A program made the translations under genes and the position numbers. The notes beneath the pieces were generated by a model. That model did no database searches, had not been told where the DNA came from, and saw nothing but the letters and a program-made list of their open reading frames with translations. From Microcoleaceae cyanobacterium (lineage in GTDB: Bacteria; Cyanobacteriota; Cyanobacteriia; Cyanobacteriales; Microcoleaceae): a DNA stretch of 29,388 bases. Location of the stretch: contig JBOFUV010000002.1 of the NCBI GenBank assembly GCA_051652765.1, positions 1-29,388 of the forward strand, given 5' to 3'. Below, one piece after another: positions 16,190-26,852 of this stretch. Within the stretch, counting starts at the first letter, position 1. Each line of letters opens with the position of its first letter.

Positions 16190-19100
16190 TTACTCAATTC
16201 CCTCAATTCGATCCTCAACCTGTTGATACAATTCTCGCAAACGATCCAGATTACTATCACTAGTTTCCCAATAACCCCGACCATTCACTTCGAGCAACGT
16301 ACTAACAATCTTGCGGAACGAATGGGGATTTAGATTCATTAACCGTTGCTGCATGGCCTCATCTTTGATGAAGGTTTCATTGGTTTCTTCATAAACCCAA
16401 TTATCAACAGCACCAGCCGTAGCACTCCAACCCGTCGTATTCACCAGGCGCTTCGACAATTCCCGCACCCCTTCGTAGCCGTGGGAGAGCATTCCCTCAT
16501 ACCACTTAGGATTCAGCATTTTCGTCCGGACATCCAACCGCACGGTTTCCGACAGAGAACGCACCTGGGCGTTTGCCGTTGTCGTATCGGCGATGTAGGA
16601 AGCTGGAGTTTTGCCATCTTGCCGCAGGCTGGAAATCACCTTCGTCGGGTCAGAATCAAAGTAGTGGGACACATCCGTTAAGCTGATTTCCGAAGAATCC
16701 AGGTTTTGGAAGGTCACTTCTGCGGTTTTTAAGGCCGTTTCAAATACCTGGCGGTTGTCGTCCATCATGCCGGGATTGTCCGAATTAAACGCAAAAGACT
16801 TGCGCTTCAAGTACATTTCCTGCAATTCTGACTCACTTTCCCAAGTGCTGTTTTCTACGGCCAGGTTCACGTTAGACGAATAGGAACCGGAAGCATTAGA
16901 GAAAATGCGAGTCGCAGCTTGCCGCAGATTCACACCCAACTCTGCTGCTTGCTCTAGGGCATGTTTGCGGACGAAGTTCATCTCCAAGGGTTCGTCGGAC
17001 TCCGCTGCCATTTTCACCGCTTTATCCAACAAGTTCATCTGGTTGATGAATAAATCCCGAAAAACTCCCGAACAATTAACCACTACATCAATTCGAGGCC
17101 GACCCAACTCTTCTAAGGAAATCAATTCCAACTTGTTGACACGACCTAAAGCATCAGGCACAGGCTTGACCCCCACCATCCACATGACTTGCGCCAGGGA
17201 CTCGCCATAGGTTTTGATGTTGTCCGTGCCCCAGAGTACAACCGCAATAGTTTCCGGGTAAGTACCGCCGTTGTCGAGGCGCTGCCGTTCCAGTAACCGT
17301 TCGACCACAATCTGCGCTGATTTCACCGCCGCCGCTGTTGGAATGGATTGAGGATCAAGGGCGTGCATATTCTTGCCCGTGGGCAAGACCAATGGGTTCC
17401 GAATTGGATCGCCACCGGGGCCAGGGAGAATGTATTCACCTTCCAAGGCCCGCAGCAAGGAACCCAATTCGTTATCCGCACAAACCTGTTGCAGACAGAA
17501 TTCCAGGTATTCAAACAGGGGCTTGAGAGCTTCTGGATCAACCTTGGTAAAACCCGATTGGTGCAACGACTCAATCCAGGGTTCCTTCTTGCCCATGTTG
17601 AAGAAGTTGAGCTTGGAGACTTTGGAAACTCGACCCTCGGCATCGGTACCTTCCTGAACCAGGGCAGAAACTGCTCCTCGTGATGCTTCGGTGATTTGCT
17701 GAAGCAGTTCCACATCTGCTAAAATCCCCCGATCATTGTTGCGGTAGAGGTCTTCAATGTCCCGCCCCAGGCTGTTGGCAATGATCCGGGGCAAGCTCAG
17801 TAGCCCTTCTTCTTCTCGATCCAAACTGGCAATGTTGACTAAAGTCGCCACAGCTTCTTCAGCAGTTGGTGGTTTACCAATGATGTGTAATCCACAGGGC
17901 AGCAGGCGAGATTCAATCTCCATCAACCGGCGGTAAACTTGACCCACCAGGGTATCCCGTTGCTCTGCAGAAAGCTCCGAGGCATCGCATTCGGGCAAAG
18001 TCACATCCTGATCTAGGTTAACCAAACGGCATTTCTCAACAATTGTGTTGACAATTTGAATACCCCGACCACTGCCTTTGAGGGATTGGTAGGAGCCGAT
18101 CAGTTCGCTGAGTTCCTGTAAACCCTTGTAGAGTCCGGCATTTTCTGCGGCAGGGGTGAGATAGGAAATCGTTTCAGCATAACTGCGGCGTTTGGCAATG
18201 GTGGCCTCACTGGGGTTGTTGGCGGCGTAGTAGTAAATGTTGGGGGTGGAGCCAATTAAGTTGTCAGGGTAACATTCTCCAGACATCCCCATTTGTTTTC
18301 CAGGCATGAACTCCAGGGAACCATGAGTCCCAAAGTGCAAGACTGCATCCGCTTGCCAGATTTGTTCTAGGTAGGTGTAGTAGGCGGCGAACCCGTGATG
18401 GGGACTGGCGGAACGGGAGAACAACAACCGCATTGGATCACCCTCATACCCAAAAGTAGGCTGCACCCCAATGAAGACGTTCCCAAATTCCTTGCCATAA
18501 ACTAGCAGGTTTTCCCCGTCCGTATTCAGGTGTCCGGGAGGTGGCCCCCAATTCTCGTTCAAGCGCTCGGAGTAAGGGGTGAGCCGTTCGTACTGCTGCA
18601 CAGACATTTTGTAGGCAATATTCAGTTCAGGACTCTGATATTGGGCCGTCGCGTCATGGATGACCTCCTGCATGAGTTTTCCGGCGGAGTCAGGCAGACC
18701 TTGAACGTCATAACCATTCTGTTGCAGGGCTTTCATCACTTCATAAATGGAGCCAAACACATCCAGATAGGCAGCGGTGCCGACATTGCCCTTGTCTGGC
18801 GGAAAACTAAAGATCGTAATCGCCACTTTTTTGTTCAATTTGGGCTTTTTGCGAAGACTAGCCCACTTCATGGCCCGCTGAGCGATCGCCTCAATTCGAT
18901 CCTGAAGGGCGATCGCTTTCCCTGTGGCCCCATCTCGACCTGAGACAATAATCGGTTCAATGGCCCCATCTAGTTCAGGAATGGCAATTTGCAGCGCCAC
19001 TTGAATCGGATGTAACCCTAAATCACTCTTTTCCCATTCCTCTGTAGTTTGAAACACCAGAGGTAAGGCCACCATGTAAGGACAATTCAACCGTTGCAAA

Positions 19101-20194
19101 GACTCAATCGCCTTGGGATGATCCTGGCGAGCAGGGCCACCTACCAGAGCAAATCCAGTCAGGGACACCATAGTATCCACCAGGGATTGAGATTGAATAC
19201 CCTTGGGGGGAGTGTCCCAAAAATATTCATCTACGGGTTTAGAAAAATCTAAGCCCCCTGCAAATACTGGGATTACCCGCGCTCCCATGGCTTCTAATTC
19301 CTGAACCATGGCAACGTAATGGGCATCATCCCCCGTCACCAGATGCGTCCGTTGCAGCACTAGCCCAATACAAACCGCTAGGGGGTCTTTTTGCTCCTCC
19401 GGAATATCGTCCCGACTGTTGTGCCAGTTGAAGTATTCCCGGGTGGTCTCAAACATTTTGGGGGCGAGGGGATGCCAGATACCCATGTCAGGATACACCA
19501 CAGGGTCAGCATACTTGGTTCCGGCAGCATTCCGCGCTGTAAATTCTGCTCCTTTGAACACATACTTGTCCGCTAGCATTAATAGGAAGTTTTCCAGGTT
19601 TTCGGAAGACCCCCCCAGCCAATACTGGAAAGACAGCATAAAGTTCCGCGCGTCCTGGGCCTTTTCCATGGGCATGTACTTCAGGACTTTGGGGAGGGTT
19701 CGCAGCAGCTTTAACATGCCGTCTTGGAAGGATGAACCGGATTGCTCCTTGCGCTTTTTCATAAATTGAGCGATCGCGCTCTTGCTCTGACCTAGTTGGG
19801 CCATGGAGAAACTGCCCATTTTGTTCAAGCGCATCACCTGAGGCATGGACGGGAAAACAACGGCAACGTCTAGGGTATCTCGATGGGGAGCAACCGCCTC
19901 AACCACTTTCTCTGCTAGGTCTTCGATAAAAATTAAAGAGGCGATAAAAACGTTGGCTTTTGCTACATCGCGCTTGAAGTCTTCGTAGTTTTCTGGGTTC
20001 CGCAGTTCTTCAATCAGGTAGCCACTAATCTCTATCGCCAAGTTTGAATTGTTGCTGTTGATGGAGAGAACAGCAGCAGATAGAGCACTCTGATATTGAG
20101 CCTCCAGAACTACATAGACAACTTTCAGCAGGGGTCTTCCTTCTAGATTGTCAGGCTTAATGTGCCTAACAGTAGGGTTAACGTAGGTGAACAT
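16190..20194 (-). CDS. chlH: Magnesium chelatase subunit H
   Basis: 1334 aa. ChlH-type N-terminus [16 protein letters not shown], plus [66 protein letters not shown]. Confidence 0.98.
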   Translation of the reverse strand: MFTYVNPTVRHIKPDNLEGRPLLKVVYVVLEAQYQSALSAAVLSINSNNSNLAIEISGYLIEELRNPENYEDFKRDVAKANVFIASLIFIEDLAEKVVEAVAPHRDTLDVAVVFPSMPQVMRLNKMGSFSMAQLGQSKSAIAQFMKKRKEQSGSSFQDGMLKLLRTLPKVLKYMPMEKAQDARNFMLSFQYWLGGSSENLENFLLMLADKYVFKGAEFTARNAAGTKYADPVVYPDMGIWHPLAPKMFETTREYFNWHNSRDDIPEEQKDPLAVCIGLVLQRTHLVTGDDAHYVAMVQELEAMGARVIPVFAGGLDFSKPVDEYFWDTPPKGIQSQSLVDTMVSLTGFALVGGPARQDHPKAIESLQRLNCPYMVALPLVFQTTEEWEKSDLGLHPIQVALQIAIPELDGAIEPIIVSGRDGATGKAIALQDRIEAIAQRAMKWASLRKKPKLNKKVAITIFSFPPDKGNVGTAAYLDVFGSIYEVMKALQQNGYDVQGLPDSAGKLMQEVIHDATAQYQSPELNIAYKMSVQQYERLTPYSERLNENWGPPPGHLNTDGENLLVYGKEFGNVFIGVQPTFGYEGDPMRLLFSRSASPHHGFAAYYTYLEQIWQADAVLHFGTHGSLEFMPGKQMGMSGECYPDNLIGSTPNIYYYAANNPSEATIAKRRSYAETISYLTPAAENAGLYKGLQELSELIGSYQSLKGSGRGIQIVNTIVEKCRLVNLDQDVTLPECDASELSAEQRDTLVGQVYRRLMEIESRLLPCGLHIIGKPPTAEEAVATLVNIASLDREEEGLLSLPRIIANSLGRDIEDLYRNNDRGILADVELLQQITEASRGAVSALVQEGTDAEGRVSKVSKLNFFNMGKKEPWIESLHQSGFTKVDPEALKPLFEYLEFCLQQVCADNELGSLLRALEGEYILPGPGGDPIRNPLVLPTGKNMHALDPQSIPTAAAVKSAQIVVERLLERQRLDNGGTYPETIAVVLWGTDNIKTYGESLAQVMWMVGVKPVPDALGRVNKLELISLEELGRPRIDVVVNCSGVFRDLFINQMNLLDKAVKMAAESDEPLEMNFVRKHALEQAAELGVNLRQAATRIFSNASGSYSSNVNLAVENSTWESESELQEMYLKRKSFAFNSDNPGMMDDNRQVFETALKTAEVTFQNLDSSEISLTDVSHYFDSDPTKVISSLRQDGKTPASYIADTTTANAQVRSLSETVRLDVRTKMLNPKWYEGMLSHGYEGVRELSKRLVNTTGWSATAGAVDNWVYEETNETFIKDEAMQQRLMNLNPHSFRKIVSTLLEVNGRGYWETSDSNLDRLRELYQQVEDRIEGIE

Positions 20195-20437
20195 ACTGGG
20201 TTAGTGTTTCCTCTAGGTCGGCTGTCTCAAACGATCAATCTCTGGATCTAGTACAGCTAAAAGAGCTATACCATGAGTATTTTTACCAAAAAATGGGGGT
20301 GATAACATCGTTTTCAACCTATTTGACACAAATCGACAAGAAATTGGAAATTGTTTGTAATAAAGCTTTATATCAGGGGAAGTGTGATTCCTGAATCTGT
20401 TTACATAAGTTAACCTTGACTTCGACTAGCCGTTTTT

Positions 20438-23400
20438 CTAGACAAGTTTTGTCGGGTGGCAGTTCTGAATCAAGTTTCGCGATAACCTGGCCCGGTTCAA
20501 AATTTCTGATTCATTGAGGGGTGTGGGCAGATGGCAAGACAAACACAGGGGAGCCAGAATTTTAGTAGGAGTCGTTAGACTTTCTGAAACGGCATAGAAC
20601 TGTCCTTTATCCAGTCTGGCAATATCCTGTCCGCTTCCCCCCCGTTGACGCAATTGTTCTTGAATCACCTCAATTGCCGCTGGGGAGTTGGCCCGTCCAT
20701 AAAACTGGGTTGAACAATTGGCGATGATGTTATGGTCAATACTCTTGGGAGCCTGGGTTGCAAAGATAATGCCTAAACCATACTTGCGGGCTTGAGCCAC
20801 AAGACGGTTCAGGCTGGCTTTACACGGTGTCGATGTCGATCCTGCGGGAGCAAAATCCTTGGCTTCATCCAGAACCAACAACCCCCGCAGAGGAGCATGA
20901 CTGGGAGCAGGATTTTTCTTGATCCAGGTAAATAGAGTCATGAACAGTTGGTTCAGAAAGTGTTGCTGGGTTTCGAGACCAGGCAGACCTACAAAGTTGA
21001 GGATGGAAACCCGAGTTTTCCCGGAGGGTTCGCCTAAGCCCAACAAAATCGCTGGGTCTAGCGCTGAACCACTCTGACGCAGGAGGGGATTATTTAAAAT
21101 TTCGGCCCTGAGATTGTCTGCCATGGCTTGAGCTTTTTTGTCGGCATCTGCAATCCCTCCACCTGCTTCAGGAGGCAGATCAGACAGTAACTCAATGAAA
21201 TCAAGCAACCGCCCTCCTCCGTGATGAGCAAAGTAAATTAGAGCTGCTTTGAGCACACCTCGTTTGAGAATTGCGGTTTGAGATCTGCCCTGGGCGACAA
21301 TGTCCTGAAGGGTGTCTCGAGCCATATCAGCCGCCTGATCCAGTTCATCCGAATCGTTGGCAACGGCGGCTAAATCCGGCAACGGCTCTAGAGTTAACGG
21401 ATTCCCAGATTCGCGTCCCGGAGTCCAGACCAAGGCTTGGCTGTGCTGATGATACCGTTCAGCTTGGGCTTGGTCTTGGGAATTCCACTCTGCTGGTGGC
21501 TGCGGCCAACGATCCCCCAGACGCGCCAAGTCATTGGCACAGTCAACTACAATGGCAGGAATCCCCAAAATCACCGCTTCCTCAACTAACCGCCTGACCA
21601 ACACTGTTTTTCCCGTACCACTCCCAGCCAGAATCACTGTGTGTTTCGTGAGATTCTGCACTGGAATCGAGACCGTTTCTTTCGTCTGTTGACCAATCAG
21701 GCGAGCTCCAATCGGGAGGAGAAATGAAGGAGATGGTTGATCTTCAGGGGCTTTATTAAGTTCAGGGGCTTTAGATTCAGAGACATTAGGTTCAGGAGCT
21801 TTAAATTCAGGAGGAGGTTGAATTTCTGACATCCTGGCCGAAATCTGAGTAGAAGTTGGTATAGTTCCCGATGGCACAGCGGCCCGGTGAGAATTAACAC
21901 TTTCTGCCTCAAATAGCCAAGTCACAGCCTTTTGAAGAAAGTCCAGTTGGGAAACAGGGCGGCGATCGCGCAGCCAAGCTTCCAAGCCAGGATCTCTGCG
22001 GTTCTGAATTTCCTGTAGGGCAACTAAGGTTCGCAACTCATCTTCAGTCGGACGAACGAACAATCCGCCCCGACGCTGAAAGTCTTGAGTCAGATTCTGG
22101 GTGGCAGTTCCGTTGGGAATTCCATAGGTGCGAACAATGATTAACCTGCGAAAACCGAGAGAACGGTCGATGCCTGAGGCTGTCAGGGCTGCTTTCAAGC
22201 GAGATTGATAGGCCGTCGCATTTGTCCGTTGCAGGGCTCGCAGGCAAAGGTGTTTCTCGCGATCGCCTTGACGATGAAAAATCGACTGAATGCGCCCATG
22301 TAACGGGGGATAACGGCCAGAAAAATGAGTTTCAATGATCACCTCTGGGTCGTCCAAGATTGGATTTTCTTTCACCAGCAACTCACAGACCATTTTGAGC
22401 AGAGTTCCTAACCCTTGCTCTTCATTATTTTCCTCTAGCAAATGACTTAACTGTGCCTGGTGTTTTGCGGTTTCAAAGATTTCATCCAGACGCTGGGTTG
22501 AGATGGTCTCGTCTAGACTGGGTTGATCCGGATCAAAATTCCTGAGTTCTGTGATCTGTTGCGTTGATAAACACCGTTCGCGATGGTTGTGGCACAGTTG
22601 TAGAATTTTTCTGGGATACTTTCCTTTGACCGCTTCAAAAAATTCAGGATGAATTGGCCAAGTTTCATACGGAGGTACAAAGTGAACCCGCTGATAGGCA
22701 TCTTGAATGCGTAACTGGATAATTTCCGCAATGGCATTTGCTGTATTCATTTCTTTTAAAATCATGGCTTCTTGAAAGCGATCTTTAAAAGACTGAACTA
22801 CTTCGCTGATGAGAATTTCCCAGGTTTTCTTCAGACATGAAACTACAATCAATGTGCGACAGGTCTGATCCCGTAAAGCCATCAATCCCCCGCCAATTCC
22901 CTCAATAATTGATCTGGAAACCCGCTGTTCTTCGGACAGATCGGTATTAGCAGCTTGGTCGGCAATAAAGTGATGTTGGCTAATAATAGAATCTAACTGA
23001 TCGAAAGCAAGAATTGTAGGGCTCCGCAAGTTCATTAGCCAGGAAAGTCCCTCTACAATCTCACTCAAACGACTCACAGAAGTTGTGGCAAATCCATAAT
23101 CTGTCTTTTGTGTTTCATCAATTCCTAAACCCTGAAGCCAGTTATATCCCACTCCTGACAGCTTGAAACTAGTAGAATTGAGCAGAAATAAAGCCCGAAC
23201 TACATCCTGAAATTTAATTGCCAATGTTCGATCAATTTTGATCAGGGTTTCAAGAATTTTGACGACACATTTGCCTATAGTCTCAAATTTAGCTGGAGCC
23301 AACTGCTGTGGGGAGACTCGAATTCTAGATCGGGTCATTAGAAAGGCTATAAGTTTTTGAAATTGGGGAATGCCATCTGCTTCAACTTCCTGCAAAGAGC

Positions 23401-23743
23401 TAAGATAGCCCTGCAAAACAGTTTGCCAAAACTGATGCACATCGGTCATATCTACCAAGATAAAAGCCGCATCGTTAACCAACGTATACTGCCGAATTGC
23501 GGCCAAAAAATGGGTTTTTCCAGCTCCAGGCTCCCCAATAATGACTCGACCTAGGGGGGAACTCGAATTCTTGGCTTGCTTCAGTTTTTCTAGATCATTC
23601 TGGATTGTTTTTCGTTCTCGTTCGTGTAAAGTTTTGACATCAGAAATTGAATCCCGCCACACACTTTTAATGTGCATTGTCCAGTCAAAGTCAATTTCTT
23701 GCAGGGCTTGGAGGGCAAGTTCTGGCTGAATTAAATCTGTCAT
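20438..23743 (-). CDS. Double P-loop ATPase: N-terminal AAA+-like domain plus C-terminal HerA/FtsK-like (DUF87-type) domain
   Basis: Walker A GEPGAGKT (aa 70-77) with ILAFDQLD (about aa 248). Second Walker A AGSGTGKT (aa 706-713), Walker B LVLDEA (about aa 959) and HerA-type ARKYGLGIIFATQ (about aa 985-997). Confidence 0.88.
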   Translation of the reverse strand: MTDLIQPELALQALQEIDFDWTMHIKSVWRDSISDVKTLHERERKTIQNDLEKLKQAKNSSSPLGRVIIGEPGAGKTHFLAAIRQYTLVNDAAFILVDMTDVHQFWQTVLQGYLSSLQEVEADGIPQFQKLIAFLMTRSRIRVSPQQLAPAKFETIGKCVVKILETLIKIDRTLAIKFQDVVRALFLLNSTSFKLSGVGYNWLQGLGIDETQKTDYGFATTSVSRLSEIVEGLSWLMNLRSPTILAFDQLDSIISQHHFIADQAANTDLSEEQRVSRSIIEGIGGGLMALRDQTCRTLIVVSCLKKTWEILISEVVQSFKDRFQEAMILKEMNTANAIAEIIQLRIQDAYQRVHFVPPYETWPIHPEFFEAVKGKYPRKILQLCHNHRERCLSTQQITELRNFDPDQPSLDETISTQRLDEIFETAKHQAQLSHLLEENNEEQGLGTLLKMVCELLVKENPILDDPEVIIETHFSGRYPPLHGRIQSIFHRQGDREKHLCLRALQRTNATAYQSRLKAALTASGIDRSLGFRRLIIVRTYGIPNGTATQNLTQDFQRRGGLFVRPTEDELRTLVALQEIQNRRDPGLEAWLRDRRPVSQLDFLQKAVTWLFEAESVNSHRAAVPSGTIPTSTQISARMSEIQPPPEFKAPEPNVSESKAPELNKAPEDQPSPSFLLPIGARLIGQQTKETVSIPVQNLTKHTVILAGSGTGKTVLVRRLVEEAVILGIPAIVVDCANDLARLGDRWPQPPAEWNSQDQAQAERYHQHSQALVWTPGRESGNPLTLEPLPDLAAVANDSDELDQAADMARDTLQDIVAQGRSQTAILKRGVLKAALIYFAHHGGGRLLDFIELLSDLPPEAGGGIADADKKAQAMADNLRAEILNNPLLRQSGSALDPAILLGLGEPSGKTRVSILNFVGLPGLETQQHFLNQLFMTLFTWIKKNPAPSHAPLRGLLVLDEAKDFAPAGSTSTPCKASLNRLVAQARKYGLGIIFATQAPKSIDHNIIANCSTQFYGRANSPAAIEVIQEQLRQRGGSGQDIARLDKGQFYAVSESLTTPTKILAPLCLSCHLPTPLNESEILNRARLSRNLIQNCHPTKLV

Positions 23744-23746
23744 TGT

Positions 23747-24445
23747 TCAATATAAGTTCAATGTATCAATATAAACAAAATACCGTTTGTCATGACCTCC
23801 CATATCGAGGGCTGCCTGCTCATCCTCAGGGCCTATACTCCTGGGATCTTCCATGGACATCAGGGATAATTTTCCAGCACTCTGCATTCGGCGTAATTCT
23901 TGATCAATTTCATCGCGGGGGCAATCTTGCAACTGTTGACGGAGCTTGGATAATCGCAGGCCAATTTCAGAATTTTGATTCCCCAGCTCTCGGTAAACTT
24001 TCAAAATTCTGGCTTCAAGCGGCTCGGATAGATTCAGGGGGTGCTCTAAGTGTTCTAACGTCTCTGAATTCTTCGAGTGATCTCGGATTTGCTCCGAGGG
24101 TTTAGAGGTCTCTGGCTGTTGTCTCAGGACTTCTGCTAGAGAAATGTTATGAGATTTCAAATGGGTTCCCAGTTTAATCAGTAATGCTTGTAAAGGCTCT
24201 ACGGCCAACTGAGATTTGGATAACGTCACCCCATAATTTTCTACAGCCCAATCCCAGGCCCGATCAGTTAAGACGATATGCATAGATCGCGATCGCTTTT
24301 CTAGGGTAATCAATCCTGCGTGTTCAAGGGGCTTGCGTTCAGCTGGACTCAGATTTGGCTTGACTTTAGAAATTGCAGGTTCTTCTCCTGTGATTAACAG
24401 GTTCCATAGCGCTAAAGCTTGCTTCGGAGTGGACTGAAAGCTCAT
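23747..24445 (-). CDS. Hypothetical protein, probably two winged-helix-like domains
   Basis: 232-aa ORF, 3 bp from the ATPase start. Patterns LEHAGLITLEKR...IVLTDRAWDW and LRLSKLRQQL..PRDEIDQELRRMQ.AGKLSL are wHTH-like (inference). Confidence 0.75.
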   Translation of the reverse strand: MSFQSTPKQALALWNLLITGEEPAISKVKPNLSPAERKPLEHAGLITLEKRSRSMHIVLTDRAWDWAVENYGVTLSKSQLAVEPLQALLIKLGTHLKSHNISLAEVLRQQPETSKPSEQIRDHSKNSETLEHLEHPLNLSEPLEARILKVYRELGNQNSEIGLRLSKLRQQLQDCPRDEIDQELRRMQSAGKLSLMSMEDPRSIGPEDEQAALDMGGHDKRYFVYIDTLNLY

Positions 24446-24454
24446 GACGACTTC

Positions 24455-25678
24455 CTAGGTTCTGAACGGTTGACTGCGACGAAACTTTACAACTTCACGA
24501 ATTTTGTTGAGGGCGATCTCAACATCATTCACCACTTCCTGATGGGGCAGTCGGAGCACAAGATACCCACTGATTAATAATTCATAATCCCGATGGCGAT
24601 CCTCAGTAAAGGCAAAGAGAAGGGAGTGATGCCGATAGCCATCAATTTCCACTACCACCTTACCATCTGACCAGAGCAAATCAACCCAATACCATCGCCC
24701 ACAGCAGGTTTGCACCCGTTGATTGAATCCAAAAAGTTCGGCCAACTCACCATCCCGAGACAAGGATTGCGCCAACAGTTGCTCCCCCGGACTACAGGGA
24801 TGAGGTCTACCTTGGATCGGCCAAAGCAGATGACGAGATTCTTCAAGGGTTTCTGGGTTAACGGTTTCTGAGTTAAGCGTTTTTGAGTTAAGAGTTACTG
24901 GGTTAACAGTTACAGGCTCAAGGCTTCCTGGTTTAACGGTTTCTGGGTTAACAGTTTCTGAGTGAGCGGTTTCTGGGTTAAGGATTGGTTCAACGGTTCC
25001 TAAGTTGGGTCTTGAAAAGTCCGTTGCTGCAAGGTTTGACCCTTGGGAAGAGAGAGAAATTGCACCGTACCGCACAGAATCCAATTCTGAACAGTTTGAT
25101 AGTTCCTTTGGAATCAGAACCGCAATACTTGCACCTGTTGATTGCGCCAACCAAGTGGCGGCCTGAGCAAAACTGAGGAGTTTATGGGGTTGAGGATGGC
25201 GATCGCCCATTGCCAAAAGGATCACCAGACTAAACGGGTCAATTGCCAAGGCCAGTTGAGCAACCTGAACCGTTCGAGGAAAATTCGGAAAAATCGGCAA
25301 CTGATTCATTTGACAAGCCTTTACCGCCGCTTTCAGCCAAGGGATAGAGGCATTCTGCCGAGTTGTAGGTAACTCCTGAAGCTTGAAGTGATTGAGCAGA
25401 TCGTCTTCCAGGAGGCTATTGTCCAAGAAAGGCGCTGTAACCGCTTGCCCATACCAGAATGGCCAGAGCCTAAGGGCTGCCTGAGCTAGGGCTTGTAGCA
25501 ATTCTTCTAAAAGAACTTTATGATTGGGCAGAACGTCCCAAGTCTGAATCATGCCCTTTCCCTGATCCAAGTTCGCAAGTTCAGCAACTTCCAGGGAGGC
25601 GATGACTTCATCCACCTCGGTACAGAGAAATGCTCTTACGTCACCGGCGGGAATTTGAGACAGAAACTGACTCAACAT
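24455..25678 (-). CDS. DUF559/Vsr-like endonuclease domain protein with long uncharacterised N-terminus
   Basis: C-terminal SPGEQLL...FNQRV...WVDLLW...VVEIDGYRHH...DRHRDYELLISGYLVLR (D333, E344). Confidence 0.85.
   Translation of the reverse strand: MLSQFLSQIPAGDVRAFLCTEVDEVIASLEVAELANLDQGKGMIQTWDVLPNHKVLLEELLQALAQAALRLWPFWYGQAVTAPFLDNSLLEDDLLNHFKLQELPTTRQNASIPWLKAAVKACQMNQLPIFPNFPRTVQVAQLALAIDPFSLVILLAMGDRHPQPHKLLSFAQAATWLAQSTGASIAVLIPKELSNCSELDSVRYGAISLSSQGSNLAATDFSRPNLGTVEPILNPETAHSETVNPETVKPGSLEPVTVNPVTLNSKTLNSETVNPETLEESRHLLWPIQGRPHPCSPGEQLLAQSLSRDGELAELFGFNQRVQTCCGRWYWVDLLWSDGKVVVEIDGYRHHSLLFAFTEDRHRDYELLISGYLVLRLPHQEVVNDVEIALNKIREVVKFRRSQPFRT
24846..24980 (-). repeat. 9 x 15-bp degenerate tandem repeat encoding a pentapeptide (NPETV-like) linker
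   Basis: Units such as acggtttctgggtta and acggtttctgagtta recur with exact 15-bp period on the + strand. Confidence 0.9.
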
Positions 25679-25684
25679 TGAAGA

Positions 25685-26575
25685 TTAAGGGGAAATCTGG
25701 GTTGGGTGAGTGGACTTGAGTTCATTGAGGCGAGCCACCAACGCTGGATCTAAGTCAGGCACCGGCAGGTGTTTAATTTCCCAAACCTTTAACAGGATCA
25801 GGTATTCATAAAACGCCTGCAAGGTACACCAGGTAAAACCCGCCCGACCATCCAGCCACCCCCCTAAAAACACATACATGTAAGTAAATCGGACAATGGG
25901 CCGGAGCGGTACTCTCAACGACAAATCCTTCAACGCCCGTCGCCGTTCAACTTCTGAGCGTCCCAACAGTAACTCTTGCCAATTGACTGTGCCTGACTCT
26001 AGCTGTTTTACTGTTTCAATGGCTTCATCCGTAGAGTAACGGTTGTGTTTCTCTAGCCAGCGGGCCATGCCTTTTCCGCAGGTGTAGTGAGGATAGGTTT
26101 CCTTGAGAAAACTCGTGGGGCCATTTAGTACCTCTCGTTCCGTGTGGCCGTAGTCCTCAAACCAAACCTGATCCTTGCGAAAGAGCCGCATTTGATAGCG
26201 AGGATACTGGGTGCTGTGACGAATCCACTGCCCCATAAACATGACCCGTTCGGCTGCGTAGTAACCAATGATCTCTTGACTCTGAATGGCCTCCAGACAT
26301 TCGGCAAACAAGTCCGGAGTCATTCGTTCATCAGCCTCCAAAATGTAAACCCAATCATGTTGGGCTGGAACTTCCTGCAACATCCAAGTCCGTTGACGAC
26401 CGTGGCTCTCAAAGCGATGTTGCACGACTTGAACGGGATAGCTTTGGGCAATCTCAACAGTGCGATCGCTGCTAAAAGAGTCCACCACAATCACATCATC
26501 CGATTGCAATGCTGACTCAATGCAGGCGGCAATGTCAAGTTCTTCGTTGTAGGTCAGGATATAGACTGAGAGCAT
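25685..26575 (-). CDS. Glycosyltransferase family 2 (possibly hps-associated, given its position downstream of the hpsJ-like gene)
   Basis: SVYILTYNEE, VVDSFSSDRT, LEADER (DxD-like), WLEKHNRYS, GGWLDGRAG. Confidence 0.9.
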   Translation of the reverse strand: MLSVYILTYNEELDIAACIESALQSDDVIVVDSFSSDRTVEIAQSYPVQVVQHRFESHGRQRTWMLQEVPAQHDWVYILEADERMTPDLFAECLEAIQSQEIIGYYAAERVMFMGQWIRHSTQYPRYQMRLFRKDQVWFEDYGHTEREVLNGPTSFLKETYPHYTCGKGMARWLEKHNRYSTDEAIETVKQLESGTVNWQELLLGRSEVERRRALKDLSLRVPLRPIVRFTYMYVFLGGWLDGRAGFTWCTLQAFYEYLILLKVWEIKHLPVPDLDPALVARLNELKSTHPTQISP

Positions 26576-26612
26576 CTAGAGGTAAGGATTGTCAAAAGTT
26601 AAAGGCTCTATC

Positions 26613-26708
26613 TTAAACTAAGCTATTTAGATTAATCTATTTAGACTAAGCTACTTAAACCAAGCTACTTAAACCAAGCTATAGCAATTAGAAATAGCAA
26701 TTAGAAAT
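26613..26708 (+). repeat. 5 x 14-bp then 2 x 13-bp tandem repeats
   Basis: ttaaac(c/t)aagcta(c/t)-type units at 26613-26682; agcaattagaaat x2 at 26683-26708. Confidence 0.85.
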
Positions 26709-26742
26709 AGCTAATTTATCAGTTGATTGATCAAAAGATGCG

Positions 26743-26784
26743 GTGGTACAGGCATCTTGATCGCAGGCTGGAAGCCTGCACTAC
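26743..26784. repeat. REP-like palindrome (GTAG family), degenerate doublet
   Basis: The minus strand reads GTAGtGCAGGCttccaGCCTGC (GTAG plus hairpin). A partial facing unit GTGGtacaggcatcttg starts at 26743. Confidence 0.55.
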
Positions 26785-26852
26785 AAGCTTTTACAAATCA
26801 AATCATTTGGGGTTGCTATAGTTGAACGAGGCAGAGTGAGTTAACGTTCAAT

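Noticed and set aside
16346..19769. Numerous short ORFs overlapping chlH, and similar ones inside mgtE, GH13, the ATPase and other genes
   Set aside because: Antisense or alternate-frame shadows of well-supported genes, with no motifs.
16190..20194. Cobaltochelatase CobN as an alternative call
   Set aside because: The N-terminus and internal motifs are ChlH-type.
20438..23743. Conjugative VirB4/VirD4 ATPase
   Set aside because: No TM segments, relaxase or T4SS genes nearby; the nuclease context fits a HerA-like role better.
24846..24980. Possible CRISPR array
   Set aside because: Contiguous 15-bp units without spacers, in frame inside a CDS.
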